Origin: an uncultured Bdellovibrionales bacterium
Lineage (GTDB): Bacteria; Bdellovibrionota_C; UBA2361; CAIXSY01
Direction of reading: 5' to 3'
Assembly: GCA_964510065.1 (NCBI GenBank)
Contig: CAZEAC010000006.1
Span: 6,748 to 70,747 of the forward strand
Length of the DNA: 64,000 bases
Below the pieces are notes generated by a model. That model was not told the DNA's origin. It worked only from the letters and a program-made list of their open reading frames with translations, and made no database searches. Of this stretch, positions 49,471 to 57,657 are shown one piece after another. The stretch's first letter is position 1, and every line of letters begins with the position of its first letter. The position numbers were made by a program, and so were the translations under genes.

Positions 49471-52434
49471 ATGGAAGTGCAATCAAAGAACACACCGAAT
49501 CCTCACAGCTTTCAAGATGCTGGATTACGTGATGCCCGACTTTCTCCCTGTCTTTTTCACCCCCACTTCACTTTTCTTGGCCTTACCCAACTACCGGATA
49601 TTCATGCAACGGGCTTTCGACTTCGTCATGCGAGCGGCGCCGAGCTGGTCGCCATTCTCGACAACAATCCAGTTCAAAGTTTCGCATTAAGTTTCGATGC
49701 GGCGCCTCGAGACGACTCAGGCTGGGTTCACGTCGCAGAACATCTCCATTGCAACACCTCGACCAGTCACCCCCGGGTCCATGATATAATGACTGTCGCG
49801 GCGCGCGGCGGACACTATCTTAGCCTAAACGCTTCAACGGACTACGACCAGGCGACATTCTATGTGACGAGTGCTGTCCCGCATGAGTATCTGCGCCTTA
49901 GTGCCTTGATAATCGACTCCGTTTTCCAAGCCCGATCTTCAAAACTTGACTTCGCGATTGAAGGCTGGCGAGTCAAGATTGACCGAAAAAATCGTCCTCT
50001 CGTGCGCGGGATAACTTACTCCGAAGCATGCGGCGCGGAAGGTGATCCAGAGGAAGCGATGCGCCACGCGATTTTGAGCACACTTCTTCCGAATTCACAT
50101 TACCGCCATAGTTTCTGTGGAATTCCGAAAGCCATGCTGCTTCTCAAGCACGAAGAGCTTATAAAGCGAGCGAAACAACTCTTTCACCCCTCCCAGGCCA
50201 AGCTCTTTGTGAGCGGCAAACTCGAACTGCCGGAAATCTTGCAGGCAATCGATTTTGCGCTGCCCAAAGTATTCGAGCCCTTTACGCCTGAGGTCCAACT
50301 GGACACGACTCCGGTTGCCGAACCAATTCGCCAGCATTTTGCCTACCCGTATTTCGGCGCAGCCGCCGATGCACCGTCCGCGTCGGCCATTGCTTGGGTA
50401 ATTCCACCTGAAGGTAACAACTTCCCTCGAGTTGCTCTTGACGTCCTTGAGACGCTTTTAGTGACACGAAGCGATCCGAACATATTGGAACGTTTCGAAG
50501 AAGCCGGACTGAATTGCTCACTTTGTGGTGGCATCATGCGCCTACGACAGAATATTTTTCAGCTCGAAGGCTGGGGAGTGAACCAAGAGCAGCGCGGCGA
50601 TTATGAAAGGTGCATTCTTGAATGGCTACATACCCTCACGCAACGAATGTTCACGACCGAAGAGATCGAATGGGCATTGAATACGGTAGAGCTTGATTAT
50701 CGAGAAAAATTGGCCGAGCCGCAGAGCGGTGAGTCGCTTCGTGATATGGTGCTCGAGTCATGGAATCTTCACGGATCGCCTTTCGAAGGTCTTCGTTGGA
50801 AAAGCGACATGGAAGCTTTGCGAAAAACGCTCGCTCGCGAAGGTCGCTTATTTGAAAGAATGATCCAAGAATTGCTGCTGGACAATCATCACCGCACCAC
50901 AGTCTCAATCGAGCCTAGTACGGATACAGGCTCCTCGCATATCGAGCAGGAGAATGCTTTCCTCAAGAATCTAGACTTATCTGAAAACGGTGCCTTCCGC
51001 AAAGAATGCATAGAACAGGAGCAGCAGATCAGTCGCCTTTCGCGAAGGCGCGAAAACGATCAAGCACTGGCGTGTTTTCCGCCACTTGAGCTCTCCCTAC
51101 TTAACCGCGAAATTCCGCCGATGCCGATATTTGAGAATGTCGAATCAGAAAAAATTGTCATACAACGAATACCCGCACGCGATTTGGTAGCGATTGAGAT
51201 ATTTCTTGATCTCACTGCGCTTGATGCGAGTAGCTTTCCTTATGCGATGTTACTGCCTGCAGTTTTGCAGAAAATCATTAACACGAGCCCCACTTTCGCT
51301 CTCGTACCTATGAAGCTCGAACTTTCGGCACTCGCGTCGGAAACAAGCGCCGATCAAACTCCCTGCTTCCACTTAATACTTCGCGGAACATGTCTCGCGC
51401 TGCAGGGCGAACTATTCGCCGAAAACATTCGTAAGTTATTGCGAAGTCCATTAGTTCTCTCTTCTACGGCTTTACGCGAATGCGTTTCCGAGGCCCGCTC
51501 TGAGCTTTATGAGACTTTTTTTCAGTCTGAGGATACTTTGGCGAAGACCAGAGCATGCGCGCTTCTTTCGACCTCATGGCAAAGGCAGGACCTTAGTGAA
51601 GGGATACGGCACTTTCGCAACTTGCGCGCCTGTGAAGAAGAAATCAACAAGAGCGAGAAGAACTGCCTCGAAGTATTAGATCACGTGAATCGGGCTTACC
51701 AGGCGTCACTTGCCTCGCCGAACACATCGATTCATGTGATTGAACCTGACAACCAAAAAAGTGATCTGTCGAGCTATTTCCGTGGCCTACTCCGCGGCTC
51801 CAGCGATCCTTCCTCTCACACGCGATTCATCAAAGGCGTAGCGCAGCACCTTCGCGCGGAAGGTATCGTCATCCCGACTCGCCTCACCAGCACCGCGGTG
51901 GCACTTGATTTGCGAGCTGTCGGACACCATCCGCATGGCGCGCTTTCTGTGCTGTTAAACCAACTGCATTACGCTGACCTCTGGAGAGCTATGCGAGTGC
52001 GTGGCAGCGCATATGGTGTTTCTGCCGAATATGGTGAGCAGACAGGAATATTGTCGTTCGGATGCACTTACTGCCCCGATCCGGAGCTTGCCCTTCGAAC
52101 CATGAGGCGTATTCCTCGAATCGTTGATGCGCTCGCCCTCTCTGAGAGCGATCTTCGCCGGGCTAAAGTTGGTGCTATTCGTGAGGTAGATATGCCGCTC
52201 AGTCCGCTTGAAATCGCTCACGAGAACTATCTCGACCGCCTTCTTGGTATATCTCACGCCCAAAAACAGAATAGACGAGGTCAAATATTCGACTGTACCC
52301 TAAATGAGCTTCGCGCTTATGCAAGCGTCTTTGCCGACGCGCTCGCGAAGCATTCGGCAATCGCGGTGCTTGGTGAACGCACCCTGCTCGAGGGAATTAA
52401 GTCTAAGTTCGCGCTTGAAATCAGCGAGCTTTGA
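49471..52434 (+). CDS. M16C-family (PreP-like) zinc metallopeptidase
   Basis: The N-terminal region aligns with the PreP pattern, with the inverted zinc motif HxxEH (GWVHVAEHLHC) around residue 90. The length of about 990 aa is typical of M16C. Confidence 0.6.
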   Translation: MEVQSKNTPNPHSFQDAGLRDARLSPCLFHPHFTFLGLTQLPDIHATGFRLRHASGAELVAILDNNPVQSFALSFDAAPRDDSGWVHVAEHLHCNTSTSHPRVHDIMTVAARGGHYLSLNASTDYDQATFYVTSAVPHEYLRLSALIIDSVFQARSSKLDFAIEGWRVKIDRKNRPLVRGITYSEACGAEGDPEEAMRHAILSTLLPNSHYRHSFCGIPKAMLLLKHEELIKRAKQLFHPSQAKLFVSGKLELPEILQAIDFALPKVFEPFTPEVQLDTTPVAEPIRQHFAYPYFGAAADAPSASAIAWVIPPEGNNFPRVALDVLETLLVTRSDPNILERFEEAGLNCSLCGGIMRLRQNIFQLEGWGVNQEQRGDYERCILEWLHTLTQRMFTTEEIEWALNTVELDYREKLAEPQSGESLRDMVLESWNLHGSPFEGLRWKSDMEALRKTLAREGRLFERMIQELLLDNHHRTTVSIEPSTDTGSSHIEQENAFLKNLDLSENGAFRKECIEQEQQISRLSRRRENDQALACFPPLELSLLNREIPPMPIFENVESEKIVIQRIPARDLVAIEIFLDLTALDASSFPYAMLLPAVLQKIINTSPTFALVPMKLELSALASETSADQTPCFHLILRGTCLALQGELFAENIRKLLRSPLVLSSTALRECVSEARSELYETFFQSEDTLAKTRACALLSTSWQRQDLSEGIRHFRNLRACEEEINKSEKNCLEVLDHVNRAYQASLASPNTSIHVIEPDNQKSDLSSYFRGLLRGSSDPSSHTRFIKGVAQHLRAEGIVIPTRLTSTAVALDLRAVGHHPHGALSVLLNQLHYADLWRAMRVRGSAYGVSAEYGEQTGILSFGCTYCPDPELALRTMRRIPRIVDALALSESDLRRAKVGAIREVDMPLSPLEIAHENYLDRLLGISHAQKQNRRGQIFDCTLNELRAYASVFADALAKHSAIAVLGERTLLEGIKSKFALEISEL

Positions 52435-52486
52435 GTTAATAAAAGGGATCCGGCACCTAGCCTGGAACATATGTTTTCCGACTCTT

Positions 52487-52600
52487 CTCATCTCTGTGCT
52501 CTCCGTGCCTGTGGTTTAATTGTCTTTATAAAAACCACAGAGGCTCAGAGGACACCGAGACAGGGAAAAGTGAGAAGATTTCGTTAACAGAGTACTAACG
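52487..52600. repeat. Dispersed palindromic repeat family A, copy 3
   Basis: Shares ctctgtgctctccgtgcctgtggttt...aaaaaccacagaggctcagagg...gttaacagagtacta with copies 1 and 2. Confidence 0.8.
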
Positions 52601-52850
52601 AGGCTTCGCCTCAGACCGTCGAGCTAAGTTCCGGCAGAGGTGCCGCGAAGCCTCGCTAGTCGGTATTGTCTGGTTCGACTTCGGGCTCCTGCCCTACGTC
52701 GAACTCGCTCCAAGCTGCGTTTCGCGCGGGAAGGGCGCGAAACTCCGCGTCGCTCCAGGCGCTGCCGCGCCTGTCCGGCCATCCTGGCCGGCTAGATTCC
52801 TTGGCACCAGAATGCAACTCATTTGGTGCTAGTTCCAAAAGCCAAGGAAT

Positions 52851-53903
52851 CTAGATTGACCACTCGCCTTCAAATCTCCCGGCAAGTACTGGGACGAAAT
52901 CCACAGGATCACGAGCCGCACGCATAGATTGTGCTCGCTTGGCTTCCAACTCACTTAAGGCGGCGGCGCGCGCGTTATCCAGAACTCCTGCGATATGGCG
53001 AAGCAGCGGAGCTCGATCCAAGAGCTTCACATAATGCGAGGAGGTATCAGCGAAAGAGGATCCCCACGCCTGATTTAGCAATTCCTGACCAAATTCAAAG
53101 GTTGCACATTGACCGTTTGGCGCTCTCACCGTGTAACGGTCGGAAGCAGATTTGCCGTACGCCATAGCCGAGGAGCTAAAGCTTTCTGGCTCGGGATACA
53201 CGGTTATTGGAAGGGGCACCGAATTCGAAAATCCCGGCGCCGCGGCATACTCTTTGGGGAGATTCATTTTCGGCGATATTGCGATAACAGCCACTCCTTT
53301 CGCATCGGTCGCATCGCGCACGAATTGCCACGTAATTTGCTCATGATGTGACCAGCCGTCGTGATACCCACGCCCTTGAACAATCGCGGGTTGAAACTTC
53401 GATAGGTTTCTGGCGAGCTGCTTCGTTGCGCTGGCCATCATTCCGTTCCGAAGTATCTCGAAGGCCACCTTTTCTCCGATGCATTCAGGATTTAGCGGAG
53501 TCGTTCGATTCCTCTCGTTGATGTCTAACGTAACAACTCTTCTTGACAGTGGGATGTCACGAGTCGCTGTGTCAAAATATACAGTAGTCGCGACTTGGAT
53601 CCGCGGCTCTCCCGTGCTCTTATCGAGCCTTACCTCAGACTTCGTTCGTACCATCGGGTGATCGGCAGCATAAATCTGGCCATCAGAGCCCTTCGCGATT
53701 CTTATTCTTCCGAAGCTTGGAGAAATGATGGATTGAGAGTCGACTTTGCTAAAAGTTTCTTCCAGGCTAGGTCGAGTTTCTGGCTTAACCGGCTGCGGCT
53801 TTTTAAAAAGACGCGCAATTGTTTCATACATATAACCACCCCTAAAACGGCCCCGACGGGCATTTGTCCGCCCGATTCTAAGCGAAATTGAATTGCTACT
53901 CAA
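52851..53903 (-). CDS. Hypothetical protein
   Basis: 350-aa ORF. No recognised motif. Confidence 0.4.
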   Translation of the reverse strand: MSSNSISLRIGRTNARRGRFRGGYMYETIARLFKKPQPVKPETRPSLEETFSKVDSQSIISPSFGRIRIAKGSDGQIYAADHPMVRTKSEVRLDKSTGEPRIQVATTVYFDTATRDIPLSRRVVTLDINERNRTTPLNPECIGEKVAFEILRNGMMASATKQLARNLSKFQPAIVQGRGYHDGWSHHEQITWQFVRDATDAKGVAVIAISPKMNLPKEYAAAPGFSNSVPLPITVYPEPESFSSSAMAYGKSASDRYTVRAPNGQCATFEFGQELLNQAWGSSFADTSSHYVKLLDRAPLLRHIAGVLDNARAAALSELEAKRAQSMRAARDPVDFVPVLAGRFEGEWSI

Positions 53904-54121
53904 AGATACGGAAATCTTCGAGAATGATTGTTTTAACAGGCTTTCCTTGAGGAAGCCAAGGCAACGAACTTGTACCGAGTTCAGCAGTTACAATAAGCAA
54001 TTGGGGCCGATGCGCGTCACCCCTATATTCTTAACCTAGAATCGTCCTTTTACGGGCGCTGTTGCCAAGCAACTTCTCACCGTCACCCTTACAGAGGAAA
54101 ATATAATTTGTCAGATTCGAC

Positions 54122-54201
54122 GATATCTCTGCAGCTACCCGTTTTGATATCTCGCCAGCTGCACTTTACAGAATCGAAAATATTTGGATCCTTCACCAAT
54201 C
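54122..54201. repeat. Dispersed repeat family C, copy 1 (about 90% identical to 60465-60545)
   Basis: Read directly from the sequence. On the minus strand it encodes a 28-codon remnant ending ...KVQLARYQNG*, which matches the C-terminus of the TPR protein at 60478-60906. Confidence 0.8.
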
Positions 54202-54265
54202 ATAAGACGGTAGCCCCATTCTCCCGCTTAATTCATTAATGGTATAATCTTCGGGAACTAGCGTT

Positions 54266-54973
54266 ATGTTTGGACTCTCTAAAATGGAGCGCGCCAATTC
54301 GGTGCGCGCAACCTTAAATACAGCTGCGGCAAAGCTAGAGGAAGTGCTCGGTAAAAAATTCGACGCTGGCGACACCGGCGTCGATGACGTATTTCGCATG
54401 GGAGTGGCGATATTCAATCTTGAGCACCAATCAACAAGCTCGACATGGGTCGGTTTCTCGTCAACGGAAAGGATCTACGCAAAGGCATTAGCCTTTTGCT
54501 TAAATCCTGAGTTCGGAGTCGGGCGGTTCGGAGTACGCACTCCAATATTTCTTGAAAGCGATATTCCGCTGGTCGAGAGCAGGCTCAAAGAAATGGCGCA
54601 CCTGTTGGGAATGGAGTTCGTTCCGAAGATGAATCTACTAGTGGATCCCTTAAGAGGATGGTTCGAACCCGAAGAGCTTTCGGCGGTCACTACCAATGGT
54701 ATCGTACTGAACTATCAGGCCATGATTCGCACGCAAACATCGGGTACGGACAGGAATTCTGCCCGAGGAATCGCCGACAAGGTCTGCAACGCCGTCGATG
54801 CAAATGCTCCCCGCCTCAGGGCGATAGTCGACGACATTACCGATGCAATGAAACGCGGCTATGACGCCGTAAGAGTCCGGGTTCCTGACTTGTCCGCGTA
54901 TTTCCGTGAGTGCCCGAGTTTCGTCGGTTACAAACAACTAAGAGGATACGACTTCCCTCCTCGATTTCATTGA
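54266..54973 (+). CDS. Hypothetical protein
   Basis: 235-aa ORF. No recognised motif. Confidence 0.4.
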   Translation: MFGLSKMERANSVRATLNTAAAKLEEVLGKKFDAGDTGVDDVFRMGVAIFNLEHQSTSSTWVGFSSTERIYAKALAFCLNPEFGVGRFGVRTPIFLESDIPLVESRLKEMAHLLGMEFVPKMNLLVDPLRGWFEPEELSAVTTNGIVLNYQAMIRTQTSGTDRNSARGIADKVCNAVDANAPRLRAIVDDITDAMKRGYDAVRVRVPDLSAYFRECPSFVGYKQLRGYDFPPRFH

Positions 54974-55073
54974 CTGAGGTCCCCTACTCTCCGGTTCGCA
55001 TGTTTACGACCGGTCAAGTTCAGAACAGCACTCTCGTCCGAATATTAGTCTTAAGAGGCTCAATACGCTCCCT

Positions 55074-55150
55074 CTCAGGTGAGATGAATGCTCCTCAGTT
55101 TCCCTGCTACCACGTAGTAGGGAAACTAAGGAGCATTCATCTCACCTGAG
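55074..55150. repeat. Long near-perfect hairpin (37-bp arms, 2 mismatches, 3-nt loop) between convergent genes
   Basis: Read directly from the sequence: ctcaggtgagatgaatgctcctcagtttccctgctac / gtagtagggaaactaaggagcattcatctcacctgag. Confidence 0.75.
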
Positions 55151-55393
55151 GCAATACGCACGGGAATTATCGAGGGGAGTTTATACGACAATATTGAGAT
55201 CCTAGATCTGAAGATGATGTTTCTGAACCTGAACTTACTGATGACATTTGCTAAGACATAACAAGTAGATAAACCAGGTTCGCGCATTCGTACTACTGTT
55301 CGTCGAAATCGCAGAAAAGTTGCCGCTTATTTATCGCGCGGTCTCCGAAGGAATGATCGGGGAATGCTCGGAGGCCTCTTGTGCGGCCATAGC

Positions 55394-56908
55394 TTACGCA
55401 GGCAGCTTCTCGGTCAGCTTCTCGCGAAGTTCAGGTAACCTATTGGCACACACGATAAAGTCTTTGGTCTCAAGACGCGGAGGATTATATGGTTTGCCAT
55501 TTGCATTCGGCGGAAAATCGTCAAGACGAAGCGCCACCTCTTGACGAAGATTCTCACGCCACAAGTGCAGTTCGTTCACGAGAGTTTTAAGATCTTGTGT
55601 TGAGAGGCCCTCAAGAAACGAGCCGACAACGTTCCACTTAATTCCCCGAGAAACTTCAAGATGAAAGTTATTCTGAAATTTTTCTTTGGCGAGGATCGGC
55701 AGGATTCGACTAATATCCTCACTCGTAAGTCCATTGGAACGCGCCCAGTATGTAAGCTCGCCTCGAGGATGACTATTCGCGGCTGTTGCTTCGGAAGTTC
55801 CGAATGCGTGGCGCCACAGGGCCATTTCAGCTTCTCGATGGTTTTCCACGGGCACCGCACTGGAGTTTATGAGAAACACCTGCGGCTCGAGACTCGAGCG
55901 TTGAACACGATTGGACAGCCTGCCCGCGGAATCATGGAACTGACTATTCGGCAGTGCCGCCTTAATATAGGCGCTCGCAGCTTCAAGGAGTTCGCGATCT
56001 GCCTCTACTTTAAGCGATGGATACACGGGATTCTTGCCCTTCAGATTTTCGTCAATCGAAGTGATTCTCACCATCCAGTTGTCAATCGCACGGCGAAGAT
56101 CGTTTGGCAGCATCGTCCCTAAATGTGAAGCGTTCGTTTTCTTGGGTGCAGCGTGGTTTGGACTCTCATTGATGAACCGAGCGACCTCATCTAAGGCCCC
56201 CTTGAAACAGATCTCCTCAGAAAGGCTAGGGAGACGCAGGTTAGGGTCGATTATAAACCGACCAGCTATATTCAAGTTTGTCGATGAAACCACAATAGGC
56301 GCCGACTCAGCGGGGAGCTTCACGCCAAGACAGCAGTCAGTGACGAGAAGATTTCTTAGAACTCCTAGAACGGGCTTTAAACAGACCAAGAGCTGTGCTT
56401 CGCTACTCGGATACTTACTCTCGAACTGTATTGTATGGCGGATTGTGTCTTCGGGAGCGTTAGCAATCGAGCCAATCGTGATCTTTTGTGAATGGCTCTG
56501 CTTTGAATTTCTCAATTGAATACTGGCCAGACTCTTCCCGGCTCCATTTGGGCCGGTGATCGGTTTAATGATCAGATTTGGAGTGCTTCTGCGTGCGACT
56601 CTACTTAGCAATTCTACGAACTGTGCTTTATCCCCCTTAACTTGATGGTGAAATTCGCAGATCAATATTCCGGAACTCTTTAGAAATACCCGGATCTGAG
56701 ATGGAGCAGGAAGTGCACTGGAACTTATTTGAAATCCCAGATCTTCGCGCTCTTTTAGGGCCGCACCGACTGTACCTTTGTCGAAAGGCTTCAGCGGAAA
56801 CTTTTTCACGATCTCCGCGAGCTTCGCCGGCTTCAATGACTCGGAATTTGAAGCGTGCTGGTGAGTCATAAGGATCTGACCTAATTGTTGCTTCGGCGAT
56901 TGATACAC
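55394..56908 (-). CDS. Hypothetical P-loop NTPase
   Basis: Walker A ITGPNGAGKS at about residue 125 (an ABC/SMC-like P-loop). No clear Walker B found, and the rest is unassigned. Confidence 0.45.
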   Translation of the reverse strand: MYQSPKQQLGQILMTHQHASNSESLKPAKLAEIVKKFPLKPFDKGTVGAALKEREDLGFQISSSALPAPSQIRVFLKSSGILICEFHHQVKGDKAQFVELLSRVARRSTPNLIIKPITGPNGAGKSLASIQLRNSKQSHSQKITIGSIANAPEDTIRHTIQFESKYPSSEAQLLVCLKPVLGVLRNLLVTDCCLGVKLPAESAPIVVSSTNLNIAGRFIIDPNLRLPSLSEEICFKGALDEVARFINESPNHAAPKKTNASHLGTMLPNDLRRAIDNWMVRITSIDENLKGKNPVYPSLKVEADRELLEAASAYIKAALPNSQFHDSAGRLSNRVQRSSLEPQVFLINSSAVPVENHREAEMALWRHAFGTSEATAANSHPRGELTYWARSNGLTSEDISRILPILAKEKFQNNFHLEVSRGIKWNVVGSFLEGLSTQDLKTLVNELHLWRENLRQEVALRLDDFPPNANGKPYNPPRLETKDFIVCANRLPELREKLTEKLPA

Positions 56909-56992
56909 CGCCTCCGCTCCATAACTATATCCGCTTTGGGAGCACTATTGCTTCAATATTATTTTAGGCCAAAAGAGCGGCTATTCCAGCAC

Positions 56993-57640
56993 TTATTTAA
57001 GCGGTAAGAGCACATTCGCGCCCTGGCCGCCACCGGGCTGTATCGATACCGCAGGCAGCGCTTTACCGTCCCAGCATTGCGCTATCTCGAACAGGATGAC
57101 TTCAGGCGACATTTTGAGTGCCTCACCATTAATTTGTACTGATTTCGCCTCGGCCTCCGCGCGTACGATCGTTATTTCGGCCTGCTTTTTCTCTTTGTCT
57201 AATTCAAATTGCTTGGCGAAGGCTTCCTGTTCGCGCACAACTTTCTGTTCAATTGCCTGCTCAAGCTGATCGGAGAGACCGATATTGGTGATAATTAGAT
57301 CGCTAAGGGTAATAAGGTCTCCGAGCGCTTTGGAGACATTAAGTAGAACTTCGGCCTTTACCTTCTCGTGATTTTTAACCATATCCTCGGCCCTAAAGAG
57401 CGCGGTTACCTGCCTCATACCATGAGCCATTCCCTCAGAGAACGCGCAAGCATTGATATCATTGACCAATTTGCAATTTCGCGCGTTCTCTGAGGGAATT
57501 ATCGGCGGAAACCGTTCATGCTGAATACTAACTATTTTCGTGTACTCTTTTATGATCGCCAATAGTCTCAGACACTTAGTCAACAAACACTTAACTTTGT
57601 GAAGCAATTCGCTAGGAATACGGATATTAGAGTACTCCAA
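56993..57640 (-). pseudogene. SPFH/band-7 (prohibitin/HflKC-like) gene remnant. Only the C-terminal half is SPFH-like, and the N-terminal part is interrupted by a perfect 18-bp inverted repeat
   Basis: The C-terminal VKNHEKVKAEVLLNVSKALGDLITLSDLIITNIGLSDQLEQAIEQK...AEAEAKSVQINGEA is SPFH-like, while the N-terminal 95 aa are not. The IR ttccctcagagaacgcgc/gcgcgttctctgagggaa lies at 57430-57498, inside the ORF. Confidence 0.45.
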
Positions 57641-57657
57641 GTTCTTAAGGTTTTATT

